From Adineta vaga (Eukaryota > Animalia > Rotifera): DNA of 64,000 nt. This document shows positions 1 to 12,400 of this stretch, piece after piece. Under the pieces are notes generated by a model. It did no database searches. It had not been told where the DNA came from and was given only the letters and a program-made list of their open reading frames with translations. Position numbers and translations under genes: made by a program. How positions within the stretch are numbered: position 1 is the first letter of the stretch; every line of letters begins with the position of its first letter. Location: NCBI GenBank assembly GCA_021613535.1, contig CP075493.1:3286001-3350000 (forward strand), in the 5' to 3' direction.

Positions 1-602
1 CACGATTTGGTAAAACAGAAACACAATTAAAAGAAAAAGATCTTCGAATTGATTCAAGAAATCTTCAAAAAATGATGAAAGATGCACATGTAATCGATAC
101 GAAATATACCACACAATTGTTTGATAATGATATTTCTCGTGTTCTCGGTAAACTTACCAGTGGTGGAACTTATCAAAAAGGAATGTAAGTGAACATTTTT
201 TCGTTAGGATTTCATTTCAAAATCGGAGATATTTAGTAAAACATTTGAATTAAATGGTTTCAAACAACTTATTGATCAAATTGCTGAATCGAAGAAAACA
301 TCGGCTGATCAAATTATCTCTCAAATTAACTCGACAGGTGGACCAAGTTTAGCTGGTGTTACGGTAAGTTTTCATGGAAATGAATACTTCAAATTTGAAT
401 TGAATAATTTCTATTTTAGACAACAGCTAACAAAGATATTACTGGCCGTATGACCGATACTTCTCAATATACAGGTGCACATAAAGAACGATTTGATGCA
501 GAAGGACATGGCAAAGGAAAAGAAGGTCGTTCTGATGAAGCAAAAAATACAGGCTATGTTGGCAACTATAAAAATGAAGGTACCTATGACAAAAAACATT
601 AA
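1..602 (+). CDS. TPPP: Tubulin polymerization-promoting protein (p25-alpha family), 5'-truncated by the window edge, multi-exon
   Basis: Spliced translation includes ...[32 protein letters not shown]...[16 protein letters not shown], matching the p25-alpha C-terminal signature; TAA at 600-602. Confidence 0.9.
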
Positions 603-1259
603 ATCCAATCGATCAATATATACAAAACACTTATCTAAATCCTTATTTTTTATTGTAAAAAGAAACCCACACATTTTTTTTCTTCTTTTTCTTAAATTGT
701 CTTTTATTTAGACTTTATGATAATCATGCCATAGTAGAAATAAAAGCATTTTAGTTAGTATCGTACAGTTTCTTTTTCTCGTTTTTTTTCTGATCAAGAA
801 CAGAAACATGTCAAAGTATGACGAAAATATAGCCTTGATTTGCCTTTTTTCTCTCATACCGATCATTTATTTGAAATAGAAATGCAAAACGTTGTAGCTG
901 ATGTTGTTTTTTTTACTTCTCTTCTCTTTCTTTTTCTTACATATTTTTCTATATCGCTATATATTGACGCAAAAGCAAAAAGAAAGAAAGTGGGCAGAGA
1001 AAGAGCGAAAGAGAAAGAAAAAACGGCTTACTCATCTATTTTCAAACATCGACTTACCTAATAGAAGTATTCATTGAGGAAAATGAATGCGTTGTTTTTC
1101 TTTTTTTTATTATATTTATTCTTTTTTTCTCTCCATTTGATAAGATTTAACTATCTGTGTTATTTTAACAAAACACACACACACACATACGACAACAATT
1201 CTCTCTCGTTTCTTTTTATTCTTCGACGTATTTTTGGGTAAGTTTTATTACCAAGCAAA

Positions 1260-1267
1260 TGACGTCA
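1260..1267. promoter_or_regulatory. Perfect CRE/ATF palindrome TGACGTCA about 390 bp upstream of the bZIP gene
   Basis: Exact consensus match; function inferred only. Confidence 0.4.
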
Positions 1268-1647
1268 TTTCAAATAACAGAAATCATGTTAATATATATA
1301 TGGTGACACATTTTTGATCGACAATGAAAAGACATTTACTTGTTAGTTCTAAACGATTGAATTTATAGAATAGTTTTGCCCTTGGAAGTTAATTAAATGA
1401 TGAAAATAAACAGCAAAGTACGTTTTGCTGATGTCATCATATGATATTATCATTGTTCTTCATCGTTTGTATATGTATGACATATAGATCGTTTTTTGAC
1501 GGTGTAATGATTGCATATAGATAGTTAATAGCACTATGTTACTTTTTTCTTTTGCTGCTCGACAATCATATATCGGGGAAAAAACCAAGTGTTTTAAAGG
1601 AAGTCAATCTTGTTTGTTTTTCATTTTGTTTTAGTTATTCTTTTGAA

Positions 1648-2656
1648 ATGCTTTCAAAATTCGATAGTATTACTTCTATTGTTGATTATCTTCGAGAACC
1701 CATTGCTTCACCAGCGATAAAAGATTCGTCTAATAAGATCAATAATGGATTAAAAGTATCGAAAAAACAACGAAAAACAAAAGGTTTAACAAATGCTGCG
1801 AGTACGTTACCCTCTCCTCCACATCGTCTACCACAAGAAGAAATTATTGCTAACATTGAAGTTTTGCCGAAAGGTCGTGTGAGGTAAAGGTTAGATTTAA
1901 GCGATTAAATTGTTTAGTTCATTGTATTCGATTAGATATGGTCCAATAACCGTTAATCCACGTAAATTACCATCCAAAACTTTATTCACAGGTCGTCGAT
2001 CAAAATATGAAATTTTATCAACAGATGAAGAAGAACGTCGTCGTGATCGACGTGAACGTAATCGTGTTGCAGCTACCAAATGTCGAGAAAAACGTGAAAC
2101 AGTTCTAAGTCAATTAGAAGATCAACATCACGGCGATTTACAAAAATATAAAGATCTCTTAAAAGAAGTTCAGAATTTAGAACAACACAAACAATATCTT
2201 GAAAGTGTTTTAAATAATCATTTGAATGAATGCCCATTACTTAATCCTTCATTTTCTATGGTCTTTGGTGATACTGGTTTTCTTTCTACAATTACTGATG
2301 CTCCACCACCACTTCTTCCTTCATATCCTCAACCAAATTTCCATGTTGAAGATGACGAATTCAGTCACATTCTTGATCCATCACCTGCATTGACAAATTC
2401 TGCATATGAAAGTGATAATACCAATTCAATTCTTTTTCCACCACAAGAACAAAACGTTCAACCTTTACCGTCGACAACTAGTGGTATCGATCGATTGGTC
2501 AATGGTTTACAAACACCAACTATTTCAATGGAGAGTACAAATAATCATTCTATGTTATTTAATTCTGCTATTGGTTCATCATGTGCTCAACAGCATTCAC
2601 ACTCAAGCGATGATGATTCCTTACCACCAGCACGTACCAATTCTTATGTGTATTAA
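1648..2656 (+). CDS. bZIP transcription factor, Fos/ATF3-like (2 exons, intron about 1884-1934)
   Basis: Basic region EEERRRDRRERNRVAATKCREKR followed by a leucine zipper ending in LNNHLNEC, typical of Fos/ATF3. Confidence 0.85.
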
Positions 2657-4189
2657 TTTTTCGCTGGTTAGTAATTCATTTTCAATGAAAATTCATATTA
2701 ATACATATATATTTTTTTTCTTTTTAGTCTGTCTCTCATTCCCTATCGCAATGATCTATGTATTACTTCCTTCTTGCTTCATATTCGTCTTGAATATAAT
2801 ATATTAATCCAATGTTATGTCTTTGTTTTCTCAAAAAAAAACATATATTGAACATTTATTTTTATAATTCGGAAAATGATCTCCTATTGAACTTATTTTA
2901 TTCCTACAAAACAAAAAGAAGGACAAAAAATAGGAGTGAAAACATTTTCCCCCGAAATATATGTTGTTAAATTAGAAAGGTCATATTTGACTTAAATTTC
3001 GAATTATAAAAGAATTTTTCTTCTTGTATTTTTATCTTTGATCATTTATTCAAAATAAATTCCTGGTTTTTCTTCTTCGTTTTAAAAAATCGCGTCATCA
3101 TCCATTCGATGTATTTACTTGTACTCACAATGAGTCACAATTTACATAGAAAAAAAAAAGGACGGAGAATGTTACTTTGCTCTGTCATTTCTTTTTATAT
3201 CGAATGATGCATTCATTTTCAAGAGAATCAAAGCTTTTTTTACATTTAAAAAAGAGTACGTGAATATAACGGGTGTGGCAGAACAAATAGCGGTCTCAGT
3301 ATTTTGTCGATTTCTCTCTCTCTCAAATTTTGATGTATATATTTGAACTTTCTTCCAAAAGATATAATATTCAATGGACACTACAATATTCGAAAATAGC
3401 CCTTTTTCTAAATATGATCTTTCATATTAACTATTTTTTGCCGCATTTTTGATCACTTAAAAAGAAACTAAATACATCGTTCTGTAGACTATGAAAAACT
3501 CTACTAGTTTGGCACGTCTTTTTTTGACATAATATAATGTATCTGGAAAAAGCAGTTCATTTGTTTACTTATATTTGCAATCTCAACATCTATTGCGATT
3601 AATCGCAATTTTAATTTTATGATGTAAAAGGAGAAGTTGTTTCATATTCAAATTTATTATAAAATAGAATGCAATGTTTGAGGTGTATCACATGGTTCTA
3701 AACTCTTTTCTTAAGAAACTTAGTGGTAGGAGTCTCACAATCGTATCCAAAAATTTCATTTTGAGCTTTTCTACAAATAGTACATCTTGAAACACAAGAA
3801 AATTGTATTAGAGTAAAATTTGGTATCTGTTTTGCTATAAGAAACAAACAATTAGTTTTATAAAAATGTGCGTTAGAAAGTGGGTCATGTTAAAGTATCG
3901 TAATGTCAATCGAATATTATTTCGTAGCTATTCATTGAAAGAATTATTTTTATAAGGTTTTGTAGAGAATTGTACGAGCTATCTTTTGGGACAAAGTTCA
4001 ATTATATACATCAAAATTTGAGATAGAGATATCGACAAAATACTGAGATCACCATTTATTCTGTTGCACCCGTTAATAATCAAGATTACAGAAATAATCC
4101 ATGATTTTATGTCTAGTACTGTTTTATTTTGAAAAGGAACGAGAGTTGATTGAAAAACACAACAAAAAGATATAATGATTTGCCTAAAT

Positions 4190-5384
4190 CTAAAACAATC
4201 GTGTACCATAACCAAATGTTGATTTGATACTTTCAATATAAAATCGTTTCCATCCTTCCTAGGAAGAAGAAAAAAACAAAGAGATCATCGGATTTTATCG
4301 AAAATGCTCAAACAAACCATTGTATTCTCGTAGAATTGAGCTGGTACACCTGTTTGTTGAATCAAAAGTTTTGTTTGATCAGTATCATCTTGAAAAATCA
4401 ATGATACACGAGAATAATGATCACTTGGCCATGATTTAAATCGCCATAACATATCAACACGTTCATAAGGAACAATATCAAGAAATCTTCCTGTTATATT
4501 ATCACTGAATATTGAAAAAAATCCACCTTTTTTACAATCATATCTTGTTACACTATTTTGTGTAAACATTTTTACTCGATCACTGTCACAAAATGCTTTG
4601 AATAGATCATTTTTTGTACATTTAAATGTATCATGAATTTTCAAATCACGATATTCAATAACAGGTGTACTATTTGTATTCGTTGGTAAACTTGTGATAC
4701 TTTTGGATGTATTAATCGATGAATTCGATTGAATTTTCGTAGTATTCGAAGAAGTTTTAGTTGGAAGAATAAGTCCTTGAGAATATTCTTCTTTTAATAA
4801 ACGAATATATTCTCCGAGTTTGTCACGTACAATTGATTCGCCGGATTTTCTCATATATTCTTTTAATTTATCACCTTTGGATTTTTCAATCGTAAATGTT
4901 ATTGTTATTTCATGAATATCATTTTCATCGGATAGATTTGGTATTTCAAATTCACCTTCATACTTTGTTCGATTATCACCTGTACGATATGTGCCTTCCC
5001 ATTTACCATGAATTTGCCATTCATACTATACAAAGTAAACAAAATCAAAATAAGTCATGACAAGGACGAAGAAAGAGAAATAGTTACAATGAAAACAAGT
5101 TTTGCTTTACGATTATTTGCTGTTGCTTCGCCTGAACATTTCGATAATTCTTTGATTTCACATGCATATTCATCATTTTCGATTTTTAAACCAACTAGTA
5201 ATTCTTTCAGTTTATCTTTTGACCATTGGGTAGCATTTTTTTCTGTCCAATGCCAATTATTTGGATTGATTGCTGAAAAGAAGTAAAAATAAATAAATCT
5301 AATAAAACTTAGTAATTTCTTCTTTTTACCATCTGGACGATCTTCAACAATCCAACGTGGATCACCTTTACCCCATTCAGCCAT
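4190..5384 (-). CDS. AHSA1: Activator of Hsp90 ATPase 1 (Aha1), 4 exons
   Basis: MAEWGKGDPRWIVEDRPD, NPNNWHWTEKNA, EATANNRKAKL; START-like C-terminal domain ending EGWKRFYIESIKSTFGYGTRLF*. Confidence 0.95.
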
Positions 5385-5806
5385 TTCTTTTATTTAACTA
5401 CTCGTAATTGTCGTAGGAAAAAAAACTATTCATAATTATATGAATGATAATTTTGATCTATACATAATTGGTCGTTTCATCAAGCAAATAAGACGCGTAA
5501 TGTCGTTTGTGTTTTTCTCAAAGGAAACACGAGACATCTGTTGTTAAACATTTCTTATCAGAGGAAAAAGAAAAGTTGATCAATATTTTAAAAAAATGTA
5601 ACCATACTGTTCTTGTCTTAATTGTACTGAAGAAAAAATCCTCCATCACGATGCATTTCTTTCTAAATACTTGAATTTTAATTTTCATTTAGTATTCCGT
5701 AGACTTTCTTCTACAAGAAGAACAAGAAAGACGAGAAGTATGACTCTCGCGTTTATATATTCATTTACTTTTTCTCGTTTTTCTTATACTCAATGAATAT
5801 TTCAAT

Positions 5807-6625
5807 ATGGAATCCTCATTCGATTTACAAGTTCAGCACTATCAACAACTACTTTTTCAACATCGTACTCGTCGACGAGAACATCAAGAGATACTTCTTG
5901 AATCATTAGAACAATTAAATAAAGATGTCAAATGTTCTTTAATCAACGATAAACATACATATGAACAAGCAAAAGATACTTTTTATCGTAAATATAATCT
6001 TTTACAACGTATATTTACGACTTCAGCTTCACGATTCAAACAAAATTCTACACAATCATTGAAACTCATCTATCATCAACGGAAAGATCTTTCTATTAAA
6101 GTTCTAGAACTTCTTCAAGAACTAACATCAGAAACAACTCCATTGGAAATTCGTACGCATTGGAATGGATCTATTGCTGTTGTTTATAATCCAATTACTG
6201 GTCGTACAGAATGGAAACAATCCTGGCATGGTGGAATTCATGGTGTATTTAATCCTATAACACATTGTATTGAATGGCAAAATGAATCGTCTACCGGTGT
6301 GTATGGAGTATTCAATCCAAAATTGAATATTGTTGAATGGAAGAAAATCTTTCAAGGTGGTGTTCATGGAGTTTATAATCCATGGACGAATGATATTGAA
6401 TGGCAAATATCATTCCATTCTGGAATTGGAGGTGTTTATAATCCTTTAACAAAACAAGTCGAGTGGAAAACGTCATTTAAAGGTGGTATTGTTGGTTATT
6501 TTGATTATGAAACCGAAACAGTAAAATGGATTGAAAAATGGCATCATGGTCTTGCTCTTATTCTTTGGGATGAAACTCTCAATACTTATCGAACTACTTC
6601 AAGTTGCGGATGGTATGGAAGTTAA
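5807..6625 (+). CDS. Uncharacterised 272-aa intronless protein: helical N-terminal half plus about 7 tandem 21-aa repeats
   Basis: Uninterrupted ORF; repeats with consensus [WF]xGG[IV]xGV[YF]NPxTxx[IV]EW; AATGATAAAA/T-rich 3' region. Confidence 0.8.
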   Translation: MESSFDLQVQHYQQLLFQHRTRRREHQEILLESLEQLNKDVKCSLINDKHTYEQAKDTFYRKYNLLQRIFTTSASRFKQNSTQSLKLIYHQRKDLSIKVLELLQELTSETTPLEIRTHWNGSIAVVYNPITGRTEWKQSWHGGIHGVFNPITHCIEWQNESSTGVYGVFNPKLNIVEWKKIFQGGVHGVYNPWTNDIEWQISFHSGIGGVYNPLTKQVEWKTSFKGGIVGYFDYETETVKWIEKWHHGLALILWDETLNTYRTTSSCGWYGS

Positions 6626-7148
6626 TGATAAAAACTTCGGCTTTTTTTCTCTTTTAATTGTGATAAATTATGAACTGTATTTTTTAAAAAGTTCTTGTTT
6701 TTTTTTCTTATCAAAATCTAAATGGTACTTGATAATCTCTTTCATTCTATTCTACATATCAATGACCGAATATTGTGTCATACTCTCTCGCTCTCTCTCT
6801 CGTCAGCTGTTGTCGTCTCAATTATATATTCAATTCATTCTTTCTTCAACTCTCTTCTTACATGTTTCGACATCATTGTCGCCAAAATTAAACCTATAAT
6901 AGAACTAGAAAGAGAGAAACAAGAGAAGAGAACGTGAGTGCGCAATTGAACAGGTTAGACGAATGCGAACATTTTCTTCTCTTTATAACTTATTATATGT
7001 ATATGTATATATATATGTTCAAGCGATTCGTCATCATGTCATATTGTATATACATTTATATATGTAAGCGGTCAAGTTCATATGAACTATTAGATCAATA
7101 ACCAAGCAAGTAGAATATTACTTTAGAAAAAACGAGAAAAAGAAAGCC

Positions 7149-8127
7149 ATGTCGAACGATTTAAAAAAACAAATTCAATTTTCGAATTTATCCTATAAAA
7201 CGACGGAACAAACATTAATGAATTATTTTTCAACCTATGGACAAATCAATAAATTGGTTTTATATAAAGATGATCAAGATCAATCATTACGGAAAGGCTT
7301 TTTAATTTATCAAAATTGTAATTCATCAAATCTTTTAATGTCCGAACGACCACATCTGATTGATAAACGGGAAGTTTTTCTTCAACGTACAATGCCAACG
7401 AATTTCTATGCAAATAATAATAATCATTGTCTCTCAGAAACCTTAGGAATGAATTTAACAGTTAACGAATTATTTATTAGTCGATTATATTCAGGAGAAC
7501 GAAAAGATTTATTTATTAATTATTTTCAAAAATTTGGAACAATTACAGATTGTCGTGTATTTAATTCTTATTCACAAAATCCTAAACAAATGGGTTTTGC
7601 TTTTCTACGTTTTAATGATTACGATAGCGTTGGTAAGTTCAGTTAAACATAGAAACATTCTCTTATTTAATATTTAGATCAAATTATTCTTTCAAGACCA
7701 CATGTAATCAATTCAAAATATTATCATGTACGTAAATCTATACCACGAGAATATAATTATATTGTATCATCAATAAAACCAATGACTTCAAATAAACCTT
7801 TCTGGCGTCATTATGCATTTGGATTAATTAATATGCAAACTCATGAGATTATGTATCCAACATTATCCATACCGGAAAAACAGTAAGTAAATGATAAATA
7901 TATATATACAGAAATTTCATATGAGATAATTTGTTTTTGTAAGATATGATAAAGAAGAATCTACAACGATACGAAAAAGTCCAACACATGAATTTGAATT
8001 GGTCGCAACAAGTTCTTTGTCAAGTAGTATATCACTTATCAATTCATCAATTGATGATTTTACTCCATTACAATCGCCACTCTATTCAACAGCAATTGCG
8101 TATTCACCAACAACAGATATTATATAA
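7149..8127 (+). CDS. Two-RRM RNA-binding protein (hnRNP A1/Musashi-like, divergent), 3 exons
   Basis: RRM1 NLSYKTTEQTLMNYFSTYG...RKGFLIY...RPHLIDKREV; RRM2 YFQKFGTITDC...MGFAFLRFNDYDSVDQIILSRPHVI; Ser/Thr-rich tail ending in TAA 8125-8127. Confidence 0.8.
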
Positions 8128-9469
8128 ACTTTCAATAGTAAACAATCGTATATGAAAAATGAATTTTCTTCCGAAATGATTTTGTTTTTTTTTGTAAATA
8201 TAAATCTTTGTTTAATAATTAATAAAACAAATAATGATCTATGTTCTTTCTCATTATACATGTCATCAAATCGATTGTTTATCGATGATATACTACGAAA
8301 AGCAGATGCATATGAATGTCAGCAGTTGATAAGCTGCTCAAAAGTTCATTATGATCGAGATCACGTTTATCCTGTGTGAAAAATCAATAGATGTCATTAT
8401 GAAATAGTTCATTCAGACTGTCTTATTGCTGTATGGACAATCCAATGAAAGAATCGGTCAGTATTATCATCGTTCATCATCTTCCTTTCTGTTTATTTTT
8501 ATCTTCGATCAAAGGTCTATACTAAGCTATTTCGTAAGATTTTCAAAGATATTTTCTCTAATTATATTAAGTAAGTACAAACAACATATTCATTGATATT
8601 CTGATAATTATTTGTATTTCTTATCTTAATTGACCTTTTTAAAGATAATTGTCATTGATTGATTAGTTCGAACTCTTGCTTATGATGACTATACACACAC
8701 ACATAAATACTATGTTTGTAAAAGCTCTTTCTTACGTCATTAGAAAAGCTTGTTCTTTTTTTTATCTTACCTTTTATTTAAATAACGAAAAAAACCATTC
8801 GGAAGTCATCATAGGATTGAAGCGGATCGTTGTATCGATTTTGATTTGTTTTCAAATAGAAGAGAAGAAAAAAAAGACTGAACAAAGTCACAAAACTTCC
8901 GATCATCATCATCATCATCATATTTCGATTGTCAATGAGAAGAGAAAGAAAACGACTTAATCAATTGATAGTATGCGTCCTTCATTCAAAAGTGTGTAAT
9001 ATATATAATATAACCATTTTATGATTCATTGATTTCAATGCAATCTGAACAATGAATCATATTCTTTTTCATCTTTAAAGGAATGTTATTCATAATGAAT
9101 CATTGGGTTTAGGAAACATATCTGTCGATAATTTTCTTTAATTATTAATGGTAATGTTACTTTTGAAGGAAACAGAAGAAGAAGAAGAAGGATTTACTCA
9201 TATGTAAAGTAAATTTTGTTATGTGAGTAAATAGACCGACTATACCTGTCATTGAAAGAGACTTTATAGGGGATATATATATATATATGAATCGATATTA
9301 TTCTTTCGAACTCTTTTCCAAATTAAATCAATATGTTGATTTTCTTCCGTTCGTCTTTTTCTTTCATGATTGAAAAAGAACAGACTTTTTTCTGTTACGA
9401 TAGGTAATTATACATTTTTTTTCTTCTTTCTCTAAAATGCAAAAATATAAACAATGTTAACCTTTTTAG

Positions 9470-12400
9470 ATTCTAATAAATATTCTAATATATGCGTGAA
9501 TAAGAGCAACACAACGGCGGAAATTATTAATGAAAACGGGACGTTTGGATCGTCCCAATGGCAAACGTCGGATTCAATGCGTTCGACATCGAGTTTGAAT
9601 TCATCGGAGACACATGATAAAGTATGAAGAAATCAAATGTATATTACAACATTGTCTTTTCGAATTGTATATAGAGTATGGGAAGTGTCGAAAAAATGAA
9701 TCATATTCGACCAGATGATCGAACTTTGGAAGATTTATTTCAAAAGACCATTGTATGTTTTTCATGATTTTTGAAATAATTCAACTACGAATCATTTAAA
9801 TAGGCAACAATGGATCTTCCACCAGATAAAATGAAAATGTTACGTGATTTTCCAGCAGAGAAAAAATGGGATATTATTCGAGATCGCGTAAGACAAACAA
9901 TTGAATTATTCATTGATCGTTTTTGTTTGTATTTATTATTAGGATCAAGTTATAGCCAAACATCCTCCAGAATACTACATTGATGGTTTACAAACATATA
10001 TTCGTGGTGCTAATCTCGTAGAAAAAGCATCAAGTTTAGTAAGAAAAAAGAAACAAACTAAGATTTCATTCATTGATGAAATTTTTGTTTTTAGAAAAAG
10101 AAACAACCAATGGAACTTTCGACTCAATTATTATCAAGTTTAGAAATTTCTCTACGAACGAATAGTATTGGGTAGATGATGATTGAATTGAAAGGCAATT
10201 GTTAATTTTGTTTTTCTTTACAGTTGGGTTCATGAATATCTTAATTCAACGAATAAAGGTCTGGATGTGTTACTTGATTATTTAAAAACATCATTGGAAG
10301 TGATGCGGTAAGGAGAGAAAGTTTTTCTACCGTTTCTTTTTTTTATGATATTTTACTTTTTTTTTAGAGAAGTTGAATCTTCAGATGAAGGAAATTCTCC
10401 CATATTGAATTATCCCGATGAAAATTCTTTCATAGCATCAAAACGACCAACTTTAGGTCGATCCGATGCCAAACGTTTACATCGTAAATTGAAGAAATAT
10501 CAAATTGGTGAAGCAACTGATGATGTTCGATTGTGTATTATGTGTCTTCGAGCGATTATGAATAATCAAGTAAAAAATTGATTTATTAAGGAAAGTAAAA
10601 TTCTTAGTTTGTCTTTCTAGAATGGTTTTAATCTTGTTATCCAACATTCATCAGCATTGAATTATATAACACTTGGTTTACAACATAAAAATTATCGGTA
10701 AAATATTTCACTTGGTTTTTTTCTCTTGAATCTGATCTTTTATCTTTTTTGTTTAGATGTAAAGCACTTATTTTAGAATTACTTGCTGCTGTTTGTCTAG
10801 TTGAATTAGGTCATGATGTGATTCTTGCAGCATTTGATAATTTTCGTATTGTAATTGAATATATTTGTTTGTTTTTCATTATTATTTCTCTGAAAATATT
10901 TATAGAAATGTCAAGAAAAACATCGATTTGAAACATTGATGAAATCATTTACTCAATCATCAGAATTCAATGTGGATTATATGGTAAATTAAGAAGAATC
11001 AATTTCATTAGTATTTTGTATTTTTTAGGTGGCATGTATGCAATTTATTAATATAATTGTTCATTCAGTTCAAGAGATGAATTATCGTGTATATTTACAA
11101 GAAGAATTTAAATTATTAGGACTTGATGAATGTTTAAAAGTAGGAAGAAAATGTCATTCAAATGAATTGATTAGAAAAGAAATGGATTTTTATTTTCATT
11201 TAGAAATATTTAGAAATTCATAGTGAATGCGATTTATTTATCTTACAAATTCATGCTTTTCTCGATAATTATTTTGATGTTGGACAATTATTAGAAGATT
11301 CGGAAACGAAACAACAAGCTATTGCTAAAGTATCTGAATTAGAAGAACAATTAGCAATTGTAAGAATGAATAGTTTTATGAAAATTACGTAGATTATGAA
11401 TTCTTTTCTTAGATTAATGAACGTGCACAAGAAGTTGAAAGTGGAAATTCAAGTAAAATTGGTAAAATAAACTTGACATTTTTCTATATACATAATGATT
11501 GAATTTGAATTTATAGCTGAATTACAAAAAGCATTGACAGTCGCTGAAGAACAAATAGAAAACGCTAAAGTAATTGAGAAGAATTTCTTCGATTAATTAA
11601 TGATTATTATTTTATTTTAATAGAAAGAACGTGATGATATTTCACAAACATTGAACATATTGAGACAAAGTCAACAAGAACGAGGTATCATCTATTCTAT
11701 CTATCATTAAAATGCTAAACTATGTATTCTTAATAGGGTCTCTCAATGGTTCGTCTTCATCGATATCATCAGCCCCTCCAGGTGCACCTCCAAATGCACC
11801 AAATTATCCGAATACAACTACAGGTTCCAATGCGCCACCTCCTCCTCCACCGCCTCCACCACCACCACCACCACCAAGTAATATCGAATAGAATTTTGTA
11901 GTCATTATTAACTATTTCATTCTTTTGTAGATTTCATTCCACCACCTCCACCTCCTGGACCTGTATGTTAATTTTCTCCTTAATATTCGTAAACGTCGAA
12001 TATGTATTTGTTATTATAGCCACCTCCAATGTTCGGTATTCCACCTCCACCACCGGGAATGCTTGATCCTCCACCTGGTTCAATGACAATAAAGAAGAAA
12101 ATCGAAACGAAATATAAATTACCTAATTTAAATTGGACGTCATTAAAACCTGGTCAAGTTCGTGGAACGGTTTTTTCTGAACTTGATGATGAAAAATATT
12201 TTAAAGTAATTCATTCGAAATGAGTGCTTCATTCAAAACAGTTCTCTTCTTTAGTTAATTGATTTTGATACATTCGAAGAATTGTTTAAAACCGGTTCTG
12301 GTCTTCCAGTCAATCAAACAACTACCAGTCCACATTTAAAACAAAAATTTGTTAAAGTTCCAGAAAGTTTAACATTACTCGATCCTCAAAGACAACGAAA

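Noticed and set aside
6158-6600. 63-nt periodicity resembling a CRISPR-like or DNA tandem array
   Set aside because: Conservation is at the amino-acid level with synonymous divergence; it is a protein repeat.
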